DNA of 64,000 nt. Origin: Lama guanicoe (taxonomy: Eukaryota). Position 1 is the first letter of the stretch; each line of letters starts with the position of its first letter. The stretch is taken from NCBI GenBank assembly GCA_013239625.1, contig MU053810.1:372001-436000 (forward strand). Direction: 5' to 3'. Positions 27,101 to 40,171 of the stretch are shown here, in pieces. The notes below the pieces were generated by a model. The model did not search any database, was not told where the DNA came from, and was given only the letters and a program-made list of their open reading frames with translations. A program made the position numbers and the translations under genes.

Positions 27101-30100
27101 GAAAATTCAATTTATACAATTTCCAATCCTCTCTGTTCTGGAGGTTTTACTGAAACTGTGATAAAGTGCTTCTCGGGTGATTTGAGGGTTTTAGTTTCCA
27201 TCTTTGAGAACAGAGTAGAATATATAAAGAAAAATTAAGCTTAGACAAGAGAGGAGAAGAGTTCGCCTTTTGTCACATCAAATTAAACAAAACAAACAAA
27301 CAAACAAAAAACTGTATGTATATCCAAAAGGACTAAAATATAACCAGAATATAACCACATCTAGGCCCATGTGACCACAAAACCTCAAAGCCTGAAGGAC
27401 TCTCTCATTTTGCAGATGAGATTCGGGAAGGCAGAGCAGTGTGTCAGAAGTCACAAGTCAAGGTGTGTCTGATTCTGGCTGTCTTTTCCCATGCGTGACC
27501 TGACTCTCCAGACCCCAACTCATGGCTGGAAAGAGAGTCACAGTTGAGGGGCACAAAATGTCAGGAGAAAATAGTCAGGAGCTGCAAGAGGCCACAGAGG
27601 ACGTCTTCAAACCCTCAGTGGAAGCGAAGGGGTTATAAAGCTTATAATGCAACACAGAAAAGGTGGATAGTAGTCATCACTTGTAGCCTTCCTAGGCAAT
27701 CTCTTCAGGGCAGCGGAGAATGACGAGAAAAGTCACACGTGGTCACGCAGGCAACAGAAGAGGCTCGTGAAGCAGGGACATGTCTCCACATCTCTGCTCC
27801 TGGACAAAGAGACACGTGCTCCCTCCTGGGGACCCTTGGTTCCTCCTCACCAGTCAGGCTGGTGCTCTGAAGGGTCACACTGGCTCTGCTTGCGTATTAG
27901 TGGATCTTTTAAACAAATTATTCCTGGGGGAGGTGGGGACGATTTATCACCTCTTGATGGCGTGTGATTAACCGGTCCCCTTGGGGGTGTCTGAGGATTG
28001 GTCTCGCACGCTACTCAGCACCTGGCCCCCATTTCTCTACATGATCTCCTTTTCATCTCAGCAATGAAAGGAACCCAGCCTCAGATTCATCCAGACCTAG
28101 CTGCAAGCCGGGCTCCCTCCCATCCGGGCAGGGGTGAGCTAAGAGCTGATCTCGGGGTCCACGCCTGCCCTCAATAACCAGGGATGATGGCGCGGCCTTG
28201 AAAAACAGCTCGAGGCTCCAAGTGGCATACTGGGGAGGTGAGACGCATGTTTGATTAACTTTCCTACAAAACTGTCCTGAACACTTTGGTTTATGTTTTT
28301 AATTTATTCTTCCTTTCTCCGCTACAGTAACAAGGCAATGCCAACAAGGTGGTGGGAACATAAATTTTGGAAAATAAGAAAATGAGGCCAATCTCCTGAG
28401 TTGTTATGCAGAACCCAATAAAAGCATTAAAAAATATGAATCACCTGTAGGCACAAACGCCCCAAGACTGAAAAGCTCCGGAAAGAAGCACCAGGGAAAT
28501 CTAACGATCAAGACACGTGGGTTCTGGCTCCAGCTCTGGCCCTAAGGAAACCGCGACTGCCAGTCCAGGCAGCTCTCGGGCCAACGTGTCTTCTTTTGCA
28601 AAACTGGCAACGTCCTGCCTCATTCTCAGACTACGGCACGTGGCCCACCAGCAGGATGAGGGGAAAGCCGTGGAATTAATTCAAGTGACTTGGTGAGAAG
28701 GCTCATTTGATTGAGTGGAAGCACCAGACAGTCGAAAGCAAACTGCTCCTTTTCACGTTCATCAGAAGCGAAAACTCGGGGCTGCCAGCTGCTGCCCCCC
28801 ATCACACCAACATCAGCCACCGACAAACAGGCCTAAGTGCCCCAAGATGCTTCGTTCCTACAGAGCCGATGGCTGGCTGCCCTCAGGTCAGTATTATCAC
28901 ATGGCTTTGCCAAGCAATCCCTCTTTTCATGGTGAGGACCGAGGTCACCGTGAGTTTAATCCCCTCCAAATGCTTGCCAATTCCAAAAGAGCCGGATCTG
29001 AAGTGATAAGGGGTTTTTGATGATTATCCCGGCTGCCGATTTTGTCCCAGAGAGAAGGGCAAGAGAAAGAAGGGACACGTGTGTGTCCTTCTCACTGTGT
29101 CTGCAATTCAAATACGGCCAGAAGTCAGAGGCTCGGAAGAGAAGAAAGCAGGGAAGCCAGAGCGTGGGGGACAAAACAAAAGGAAGGAGTGACCCATGGC
29201 CCCCTAAGTGACACCCACACTGGGGTGTGGAGGGTGAAGTTTTGCTCTAAGAGCTGCCCTGCCAAGGTCCACGTGGCCCATGGGACACTAAGCCAGGCAA
29301 TGAAATCCAATGAATACAAACAGCCACGCACGCACAGCCCGGGACTCGGCAGATGTGAAAGCTCAGGGCACAGCTTCCTCTGTCCTTGTCTTCCAGATGC
29401 ACCTGTGTGGTCACCCTCCTCACACCCGAACGTGGTGCCGACCGCCTGCCAGCCCCCGTGCGAAGTGCCGGGCACAGCGAGATGGACGTGTCAGGAGTTA
29501 GGGGAGAGACAGTGGGGCCAGGAGGGGCGCTGTGACTCTGGGAGGCCAGGGAAGATGCTCTGAGGAGGTGATACTGAAACTGCAGGAGGAGAAGCCAGCA
29601 AGGCAAAGAGAGAAGAGCAGGGAGGAGGAGGAGAAGGCAAAAACAAGGAAAGGGCTGCGGGTACCCTGCCCAGGCTGGGAAAGCGCTTGGCTGCTGGGGG
29701 CCAGGGGGCCGAAAGGAGAGGGGAGGGAGTGACTGTAAGAAGAAGCAGGGTCTGGAGACAGGGGCAGGGGCCCCACCACATGTGGCCTCTTGGGCCGAGG
29801 GAAGGGCGTTGGGTCATCTGCACCCACACGTGGTGGTCAGGGGGGTGGAAGCTTTGGAACAGAACATGCCTTGCCTGCCTGTGTCTTCCATGATCGCGAT
29901 GCCTCCCATGGAGAAAGCCACATCGCAGAGGGACAGAATGAAAGGGAGGGAACCGCTGGGAAGCTGCTGCCTCCGCCCAGGAGAGCGAGGACAGTGCCTG
30001 GAACTCAGGCCGTGGAGGTGGAGCCAAGAGGAACGGACACCTCTGAGGGAAGATACGGGGCAGAATTTTGAAAGTGGGATCAGAAAGAAAGAACGGTGAA

Positions 30101-30399
30101 GGCTTAACAAGTGTTTACCTGCCGCAGCCTAAAAACCCTCCGTCCAATTCCCAAATCAAGAGCCTGGGCGAGAGGGCTCCCAGGAGCCAGCCAGGATGCG
30201 GAACCGACCAGACACAGTCCAGCACTTTCCTGCCAAGAAAGGCCAAGTGCGGCCAAGCTAGAAAAGCATTGCTAGCCCCTGTGGCTTTTCCCAGGGAGGA
30301 AAATGCACGAAACCAAATGAAGGAAGGGGAACAGCAAGTTGGCCTCCGAGGCTGCCAGGAGCAAGGACAGCCCAGGGCTGGTTCTCTCCAACCTCCCCC

Positions 30400-30833
30400 C
30401 ACCCCAGATCCACCTTCCACCCTCCTGTGTCCTGCTCTCTGTCCCAGAGGACAACTCAGCGGATGGCATCACCCAGGCTCCCTTGAGAGTCAGAAGAACA
30501 GAGGCCGAGAGAGAGAGAGATCAGGGTATCGCTTCCCTATCCCCTCCATGAATTGGTCCAGGGCTCCAGCAAGGACTCTGTCCCCACAACCACAGCTCCC
30601 CCTGGTACCCATCCTCCAGGGCTCACTCACTGGGCTCCTCTCTTCACCCCTGTGCCACGGGAGGTGGGAGGCACCAGTTCTTGGGCACCTGAATCTACTG
30701 CTGATTCCATCACCCACGGCCCCTCCTCTGTCCCCACCACACACACACTTCTGCCATGAGCCTCTCCATTAAAGTCTCCATATTGGAACCGTCTAGAGTG
30801 AGTTCCCCTTCCTGCTGGGACCCCATCTAAAAC
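30400..30833 (+). mobile_element. LTR33-like ERVL solo LTR relic
   Basis: ctgctctctgtcccagagg...gcatcacccaggctccctt near the 5' side, and a 3' end ccattaaagtctcc...ttcctgctgggacccc...aaaca. Confidence 0.55.
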
Positions 30834-31309
30834 ACCAGGGAGGCCCCGTTGCCTTGAAAACCCTGTAAAGCAGAAACCCAGCAGCCCAAAAAGCAAGGGG
30901 ACCTGCCCTCCCGGTGTCAGGCACTGACTCCACACCCAGCCCAGCTATTCCAAAGTGCAAAGATGCCTCGTTAAAGAGGAATCATTGCGGGGCTCAAAAT
31001 AACAGCTTATCATGAATGGTGCACTCAAGAGGAAACTATAAAATAATAGCAGGACCCGCTAAACTTAGCTCGAGTTAAAGAGGTGACACATCCCTGGCAT
31101 GCTCTGCTCTCCAGTACCATCACTGTGAGCTTGGGTCCTTTAATAACAAGAGGAGAATTTTCTAGCTATTATTCCCAATTCTTCCACCAGCATATTAAAA
31201 CATGTGATTCTTCATGTAGGATTTTAAACTCCTCCTGTGGACTTATATGGATTGGAATGACGGGTACGTGACATTTTCTCATCTGGGAGGCATCCTGCTG
31301 TCCTCCTGT

Positions 31310-32560
31310 CCATTTATTCACATTTAACTAACATCTGTCAGTATCTGTGGATGCTGGTACGAGCTCGTAGGCTCTGGGCAAACTTTTGAAAGCAGTGACC
31401 AAGATGCAGTCCTTTGCCCTCTAGTTAAAGAGTCTAGTTTTGAGGAGATAAGGAAACGCAATTAAATGCAAGGTGGTAAGTCCAGCTCAGGGCTCAGGAC
31501 AGGAGCTGGGGGAACCTCCAAGAGGGGGCAGGGCACCTTACCCAGTGCGGAGGCGAGAACAGGGAAGGTTTCTGGATGAAATGAAAGCTAAGCAGAGGCC
31601 AAGAGGTGGGGCAGGAGCCAGCCCGAGAGAGGAGACGGGGAGTCAGGCTGGAGGCAGATGGACCACATGGGTAAAGTGCAAGAGGAGACGTGCCACTGCC
31701 CTAGGCATGTGGAGGAGCAAAGCCAATTGTGACAAGAAGGACAGAGGTGAGGAGGCTGGCAGTGTGCTGACACCTCGTGAGTGGCCTTATCAGTAGGGAA
31801 GCCGTGCAGTTTATCATCCCAACTGCGACAGGCTAAGAGGGCCATACTTGCACCAGGAAAACAGACCTAAGCTGGGACTGTCCCCGACACACCAGACACA
31901 GGGTCGCTCCACTTACATGACACGTGAAACGGTTCCCATTTCAAATGGACAACGGAAAGTGCCTGATGGGGCTTGGGGAGAGGAGTCACATGAGCCGATC
32001 TGGGCTTTAGGAAAATCACTGGGGCCCCTCGTGGACAAGAAGCTGGAGAAGAGCCGACACTGAAACTGTTGAGAGCACCGGGGATGTTCCCGGAGAAATC
32101 CAGGAAGGAGATGAACTTCTACGTGGGGATAAGATGGGTCAGTGTACACAGATGGATGCAAGAAATTTACACCAAAGTTTAAGATATGGGAGAGGGATTA
32201 GGGAGCTGGGAGGAGAGATGAAAGGTAGAGGGAGGAACCCAACTGTTAACTGGATGTCTGGCTGGGGCGAGGAGGACGCTGGGGCCACGAGGCGATGGAG
32301 GACAGGTGGGGAGGGGAGCGGGGGGCTGGGCCAGATTATTAAGGGACGTCAAGGGAGCCACTGGAGGCAGGGCCCACGGCTCCGCATGCAGACCTGGGCT
32401 GGAAACGGGGACTTGGGACAGTCGGCACGCGTGTGATGATGAAAGAGCCCTGGAACAGGCAGCCAGGGCCTTGAGAAGAAGAGCCTCCCTGGAGGGTCAG
32501 GGCGTACGGGCAGCAGTGAACGGGAAAGGGAGGGGATGAAAAAGCAAAAGGCGTAAGACA
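31310..32560 (-). mobile_element. L2 LINE relic (fragmented)
   Basis: Starts with an antisense L2 tail (catttattcacatttaactaacat) followed by the purine-rich antisense L2 body (e.g. ggctttaggaaaatcactgg). Confidence 0.5.
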
Positions 32561-35500
32561 GTTGTCTTGGAAGCTGTACTCTGACAGGGGCTGGGGGACA
32601 GCGAATGGGACAGATCGAGACTTTAAGCGGGAAGGTACCGGATGCACGTGAACAGGGCAAACGTCATCACCCGGCTGCTGGCAAAAGTCTCCTTAAATCC
32701 AGACGCACGCCACTCAGGATCTTTTTTACTTCGGTTGCACAAAACCAAACCCCACTAACATAACCAGATTAGTGAGGATGAAGCATCCACGGCTTCTGAA
32801 CAAACCTTAGGGGAGATGCTTCTTAGGCCCAAATCTGAGACACTCAGGCTGTCTTTCCAAGCTGGCTTCAGTCTGACTGGAGAGAAGAAGACACGATTCC
32901 CGCCACTGACACTTCCAGGCAAACAGAGGGCCCTAAGGGGCCTTTCCTCTCTGACACAGTTCAGGAGCCACTCTTGTAAGATTTGATGAGATCCGCAGGC
33001 TGTGTGAGAGGACAACTACCTCATGTGCCTATGAGTTCAGCGAAGGGGAAGACATATCCCCCTCTTTCCTTGCTTATTCTGGACCATAACCACATCCTTG
33101 CTTTCTAGACATAAACCCACGCTCCATGTACATAAGCGATCCCCTTTCAAAGTAATAAAAAATATAGTGTATTTTTATCATTTAAAAATATTTTTTATAA
33201 ACAAAAATCACTATATTACCCACATATTTTCTAAAGAGAGCTCTGGGTAAAACAGCTCCAGAAGCCAGAAAACTACTTTCCATTTATCTGTGAGGTCTTT
33301 TTTTTTTTTTTTTTTTTAAGCATGGTACTTGAAATACTGTAGCTATTCACATCCGAGGGACCGCGTCCCACTGTAACACTTGCTATTACGTGGTGATGCC
33401 TGTGGACGGGGGCCACCTTCAGTCAGAGCTAGTGAGTTGTTTTTTGATGATTGTGTAATTATCTCATTACCAACATGGGCTGAAAATCAGGAACAACCAC
33501 AGAGAGAGAAGACTGTATTCTTCGTCCCTCCCGTTCCCCATGACTAAAATATCCTTACTGAAGAGTCATCACCAACAGATGTATCTGCTCCTCGGACTCT
33601 GTTAGTGCTTGAAACCAAGGAGAGAATTTTCATGTGGTCCAACTACCAAATATCAGTGAAAAATCGTTCCTGAATGCCTGGCTTCAAGAGAGTAACATGA
33701 AACCACCGGGGCGTGACTGGGAACGATCAGAAAGAGCCCAGGCAAAATGGCCTGGCTTAAACAACGGACAGGGAAACGAGGCGCAAACTGAATCACCTGA
33801 GGGCGATGGTTGGGACGTGGGGACTGGCTGGACGAGGTTCCAGCACGGGCTTGGGAACACCGCGTCTTAAGCATCCTGTGAGCCTGGCGACAAGCACGGA
33901 GGACACTGCTCTGCCCACAAAGCCTCTGGCTCTTAGAATTAGTAGTACAAGCAAGATGCTTCTTAACGGGGTTTCGCCTCTCTCACAAGGCTCGCAAAGT
34001 CCAGGCTGCTTCAAGCTTGAAAGAATGTTCTTCCTGTGCTTGGATGTGAAGGTAGGAAGGAGACCCGGCCCAAGCCCCTGGAGCCCGTGCCTGCCTGGTC
34101 TCGGAATTCCTCACCGGGACTGGGGCTGGGGCTCCTGCCTCCTAAGAGGCACAAGGCTGGAGACAGACGGAAACTCTGCAGGGCAGTGCTAACCAGTAAG
34201 AAGGACTCCTCCCGGCCTGAGGGAAAGTAGATGTTAATTTTTTTACACAAAGGGGAGAGGCAAGCCCAGAGGCAGACGCTGCAGTGCTGTATAAGGGGTC
34301 TGTCTGCACCCACCACCCTCCTCCTCATCTAGTGGCCAGAGCACTGGACTCCGGGGGTGGCCAGACACCAATGTGAGCCCAGGGGAAAGACAGCAGCCCC
34401 CTGGGAATGGGAGAAAATTCCATTGACACAAATTCCACTGATACATCTGATACTTTTTTTTTAATAGGAGACAAGCAGAGTCAATTCTCAAGAGAGTAAT
34501 TCGGCATTGGCTGTAACGGTCCTGATAGAATCCAGTTGGTTTTCTGCTGAAACGGTCAGTCCTCCAAGATGACACGACAGCCCTTTGCAAGAGAGACGTT
34601 GTTAGAAAGAAAGACTCCAAGCAGCCTGGATGTTGCATTTTTCTTAATAACTCAAAAAAAGTTTTTTTGACTAAGATTCCCACCAAAATTTCCCAAAGGG
34701 TTAATTAAATTAGTAAGCCTCAACCACCTCAAGATCGTACTCATGCAGGAGATCCATTGCCAGGAAGGCCCTGCTGGAGTGACAAAAACATAGTATAGTT
34801 TATAAAATAATAAAAATTATTATATAATGTTCATTCATTTGAAGTGGCCCATCAGTGTAAAATATTAAAAGCGCTATTATATCACTATTATATCATGCCT
34901 CCACTATCTCTATCACAAAATGTGATATATTTTTCAAAAAGTGTTATGTCCAATTCTTCACTGCTTACTAAACAAAATTTTAAACTCAGTTAATTGAGTT
35001 AGTTTATTCAAGTCAGTAAGAAAGTAGGATCCGTCCAGAGTCATGCTCCAGATAAAACAGCTATGGCGGTCGTCACTTAAGTACAAAAGAAAATCTTTTT
35101 TTTAATAAGCTAATAAAATCTCTTTGTTTATTTTGAATATCGACATTTCAGGGAAAGCGTTTCTGATATTTAATTAAAAGCAGATGAATAAAAGTGGGAA
35201 CATTAAAAGAATTTTTTGATTCGTGGTATGGCTTATTATCTTTTTTGTATGTGTAAATTATATCATTTCATTTCAGCATGGAGGCTAGTCCTTTTCTTTG
35301 ACTTAGGGATATTTTTAGAACTTATCAACTATTGGTTGATAAGCTGAATGTTGTCCCATGTCTTTCCCAACTTTATATATTCCAGGTAGTTCCAACTAAA
35401 CTATATATTATATATAGTTGGAAATTATATATATACATATAATTAAAGACATACATTTCCACATTTATTTACCTGTACGTATATCCAACTTCAACAGCCT

Positions 35501-35640
35501 CTTAGATATAAATGGTGAATTACACTTTATTTCTTCCCCACTCTTTAACTGCTCCCAATTTGGATATACCCATGGCGGCAGGAAAGAAATTTTATTTGAA
35601 ATTCTAAACTGGTTATTTGTTCTGACTTAAACCTGTTCTC

Positions 35641-35725
35641 TTTTTTTTAATTGAAGTATAGCTGATTTACAATGTTGTGTTAGTTTCAAGTGTACAGCAA
35701 AGTGGTTCAGTTTTATATATATATA
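35641..35725 (-). mobile_element. Short L1 3' tail
   Basis: ttttttaattgaagtatagctgatttacaatgttgtgttagtttc is the antisense L1 terminus. Confidence 0.8.
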
Positions 35726-36879
35726 ACCTTATACTTAAAAAATCCATATATAAGATAAAACCCTAAGAAGCTAAAAAACAGTTTTTCCAATGCTAGTATT
35801 TTCTGCAACCTAGGAATAGCCGGAACTCTTTTTGCTTCTTGGTGTCTGTGTGCGTGTGTTTTCTCTTTGGATCTAAGGCTGAATCACTTTCTGGCTTCAT
35901 TCAGAATCTACTGAGGCCCAGTGGGGACTAGATATTTGTTCCCAGTGCTTTATGCCCTAGGAAAACCAGGGGTCTGACTCATTTCTAATGTGTGCCCTGC
36001 GTTTTGTTAATAAAAGCTGTGGAAAAGTCAGGAAACAGGACTTGGCTCTGGTTAACTAGTGGATTTTCCTATTTTTTCACAGTACCTTAGAAAATGCCAC
36101 CACCAGAACCAGCGGGTGTCAGGAAAACCCCCTTCCATTCTCTGAGCCTCCAGGAAATGGCCACAGGCTAACAACCTTACCTCCTGGTGGTTCATTTCCT
36201 CAATTCTGCCCCCTACTTACTAAAAGAAAATTGAAAAGATGGGGGGCAGTAAATACTGATGAGATCGTATCTGCCAAGTTTTGAAGAAAATACATGGTAA
36301 AATAATCAATGCTTATGAAATCTCCTGTCCCTGGGGTTTGAAAAAGCAGGATGGATTTCCATTTATTTGAGATGAGGTTGGACATGGATGACCTCTCAGG
36401 GATCTTTTTAAATTTTAGGTCAAAAATAGACAGAGAAGTTCATTCACTCAGGAAAGTCAAGGAGAAAAGCAGCAGGCAGCTGTTCTAAAGTTTCCTACGA
36501 GCGATGCCCTGACCGCAGCTCAGCCTTGGTTGACATCTTTCATCTAAAGGGAGGCTGTGGACAGCCCTCCATCTTCTACAAAGGTGGGGGTCAGAAACTC
36601 TCGGACAAACCCAGTAATTGGGATCTTTGCTCAACCAAACATCCAGGGTTTTCTTATAATACCTTGACTAGCTTTTAAATAAAAGCTTTGTTTTGGACAT
36701 TCAAATTAGCCGAAAAACAATTTTGGGATGATAATCACTGGCAAGGATGTGATAAGATGGACAATATAGGAGTGCAAATTAGTCATTAAAAAAAAACTTT
36801 CTGAGAGCCATTATGGTACCATGTAAGTCCTTAAAACAAAAATGTATCTTTGAACTTAATTCCTCATCTCACAATCTAT

Positions 36880-37490
36880 CACCAGACCCATGTTTACTGA
36901 AGCATTTTTCACAATAGCCAAAATATGGACACAACCTAAGCATCAGTCAACAAAAGAATGGATAAAATGTGGAACATATATGATGGAATACGATTCAGCC
37001 ACGAGAAAGAAGGAAATTCTGCATTTGTGATGGCATAAGTGGACCTTGAGGGCATTATTATAAATAAGTTAGATACTGCATGGTATCTCTTACTTGTAGA
37101 GTCTTAAAAAAAAAAAGCTCATAGAAACAGAGAGTAGAAAAGTGGTTGCCAGGGGCTGGGGGAAAGGGAAAGGTTGTTTAAAAGGGTACAAACTTTGAGC
37201 TATAAAATGAGTAAGACCAGAGGATCTAATGTAAAACCTGGTGACGACAAGTGATAACACTGTAATGTATAACTGAAATTTGCTGAGAGAGTAACACTTC
37301 CATGTTCTTGTGCACAGACACACACACAAAAGATAACTATGTGAAGTGATGGGTATACTAATTAACTAGATGGGAGGAATCCTTTCACAAATACAGACAT
37401 AGATTAAATCACCACAATGTACACATGTACACTTTCACTATCTCACGCCTTTGTCTGTCAATTACATCTCAATAAAGCTGAAAAAAAATT
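36880..37490 (+). mobile_element. L1 (L1MA9-like) 3' fragment
   Basis: catgtttactgaagcatttttcacaatagccaaaatatgg ... ctcaataaagctgaaaaaaaa. Confidence 0.85.
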
Positions 37491-38238
37491 AAAAGCAGGA
37501 GGGAAAAAAAGAAAATAATCAGGATTGTCAAGAGAGATTTATGCAGAAGGATGTTCTCTGCATATATTCTTTACAACAGCAAAAAAAAAATGGAAATAAG
37601 CCAAATGTTGAACAACAAGAGAGTGGATAAATACATTAAGGCTCATCCAAACAATGAGATATTAAAATGCCATTAAAAAGCATGTCTGCAAACAGCTATA
37701 TAATTCATGGTAAATTATTCTAGGGATAATGTGGATGTTGGAAGAAAAAACTCAAGTGTAAAGTTAGATGGTAAGTGTGCTACCAACTTATTTAGATCAA
37801 CGCAATCTTGCCCATGAGGACGATGATTACGGTGAGTCCGGCATGAAGCAAGCCCGTCTCTAGCAATAAAGGAGGTCCACCTGCATCTGCAGCCTGTCAA
37901 CAGCTGGCCAAACGCCTCTCCTCTGCAGGGTGGCAGCAATGATAACCACACGCCTCTTTGGCTGACAGGTCACCTGCCTCAGCTGACCTAAGAATGAGAG
38001 GTCCTGAGGCAAGGACGGGTCCAAACGAGGCTTTGGAAACCAAGCAACTGACTCTGCTCTGACCCCCAGGAGCTGCTTATTCATCCCTGCACAACCTGCC
38101 CTGTGTCAGTCAGCGCAGAACACCCAGATGGCAGGACAAAATTTTCTCTGAAAGAAAATACACCCCAGGTCTGATTGATTTCAATGTTAGAATGGGGCCA
38201 CTACATCCCAGGGCACTGAGCTCGCCCCTCATCAGGGG

Positions 38239-38256
38239 TGGCCAGTAGGGGGCTGC
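38239..38256 (+). promoter_or_regulatory. Candidate CTCF-binding motif
   Basis: TGGCCAGTAGGGGGCTGC closely matches the CTCF core consensus (CCASYAGRKGGC). Motif match only. Confidence 0.4.
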
Positions 38257-38669
38257 CCAGGCCCCATTTCTAAAGGAACCAGGAGGCTCTTCAGTTCACT
38301 GAGGCTTAACCGTGGTTCCCGGCCCCCACCTCCACCCCAGCCCGGGCCCCAGGGCCACCCCCTGTGCAATCCCCTGGCTGAACGCCACCCTAAACAACCT
38401 TGTGCCACCTCCTGGTCTGCAAGGGATCTCTCCTCTGTTTTCCTTCTCAGGAGCCTATTTGCTCTGGCACAGTGGCTCCCCCCAAATTCCTGGCTCTTTT
38501 CAAAGGCACAACACTGAAACCCTGTGCAAACATCTCCCACTGTCCATGAAGTGGCTGTGCTATTTGCAAGCTCTCACACAAACACACTCACACACACATA
38601 TGAAGAAAATTCAGAAAGTCGAATTCCATCACCCTGTGTTTAGGCTACAATAAAAGCCACTACTTTTAC

Positions 38670-38830
38670 TTGAAAACTTATTCTGTGTCAGCACTGAGCT
38701 CAGTTTTTTCCATGGACTGCCTTAGGAGACAAGTATTGTTACTGTGCCCATTTCACAGATGGAGAAACAGAGGCTTCCAGAGTTTGAACAATTGGTCCAG
38801 AGTCCCACAACTCAACCGGGACGCAGCCCC
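38670..38830 (-). mobile_element. MIR relic
   Basis: cccatttcacagatggagaaacagaggct...ggtccagagtcccacaact. Confidence 0.7.
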
Positions 38831-39901
38831 TAACAGTCACCTCTGGAGTTTCAACAATGTTAGGTTAACAACAAAGTCCATGGGCTTCCACGGTCAATGG
38901 CACCTCCATCCCTGGGAGGTTTTCAGGGAGTCCACCAGCAGACCACTTGGACACAACCACAACGAGGCTCATGTTGGGCAGAAGATCCAGGGATGCTCAG
39001 AGTGCCAGAGCTGGGTGGGAAACCAGTCAGGAAAGAAGGGGCCAGAAAGAACAGGACTTCGAGCAGCAGAAGCCACAGGCAAAGAGAATTTCTCTCAGCC
39101 TGGAAAAACTGTGACTCGGACGATGGCTAATGGTTTCTAGCTCTGTCCACTGCCAAGTACTGGTCAGGACCTCTCCTCCGATGCCCACTGAAGTTCCTAC
39201 CTTATGACCACCCCAGTATGCAGACAAAGCCTTTTCCCAGTCAGACCACCATATGCAACCCGTGGGATTACACCCCCCAGACTCCCAGGGGACTGAGTTA
39301 GCTTTATCCCGCCTGCCCTGACAGTCTGGAGACGAAGGCCTCCAGCCAGAGGGGCTGCATCAGAAGCAGAAACAGGACTCCGGGAGTCCTGAGTCACTCT
39401 ATCCCCACCCTTCCTCCATGTGCGACACAGTTTTTCCCTCTCTGAATTTTATGTGCAACCAGCAATCAAGACAGGAAAAACAAGCAAGTCTTACACACAC
39501 CCGAGAAAATGCTGATTTGCCTATTCTATTAATAACCCCAAATCTCAGCAAATGCAAATGGCATTACATGCCTAATTCCAGAAAAAGTTAAATCCACACT
39601 GTTTCCATTTTAAATGACATTTGCAGAGACCTCTCGATTAATATGTTTAACACAGATTTTTTAAAAAGGGACGGCCCTACATTTCCTAAGGCAAAAACTA
39701 TGTAGTCAATCAGAAACCAGTACAGATAATATTTTTTAGATGAACTGAAATGCTGTCTTTTTTCTGCTGTCTTGTACAAGTCTTAGCACAAGAACAGCCA
39801 CAGTCACATACTAACACTTTTGCCCCCACAGTCAGCTGGCTATTTTAAAGAAGAAAAAATAACCATGATTTCAATCTGCTTCAAATAGGGAAGTGATTTC
39901 T

Positions 39902-40171
39902 CTCTCTCTCTCTCTTTTTTTTTTTTGGTATATATATTTTTATTGAAGTACAGCCAGTTTACAATGTTGTGTCAATTTCTGGTATACAGCACAATGCTTC
40001 AGTCATACATGAACATACATATATTCATTTTCATATTGTTTTCCAACATAAGTTACTACAAGATACTGAATACAGTTCCCTGTGCAACTGGATAAAGAAG
40101 TTGTGATATATTTATACAATTGAATACTACTCAGCCATGAAAAATAATAGACTAATGCCATTTGCAGCAAC
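39902..40171 (-). mobile_element. 5'-inverted L1 insertion with TSD
   Basis: Antisense 3' UTR and tail at 39902-40085 joined to an oppositely oriented ORF2-end piece at 40086-40171. TSD AGGGAAGTGATT(T/C)CT at 39887-39901 and 40172-40186. Confidence 0.88.

Noticed and set aside
37796..37831. Plus-strand 36-nt exon-like stretch ending ACG|GTGAGT
   Set aside because: Good donor but poor pyrimidine tract, unrecognised peptide and no partner exons.
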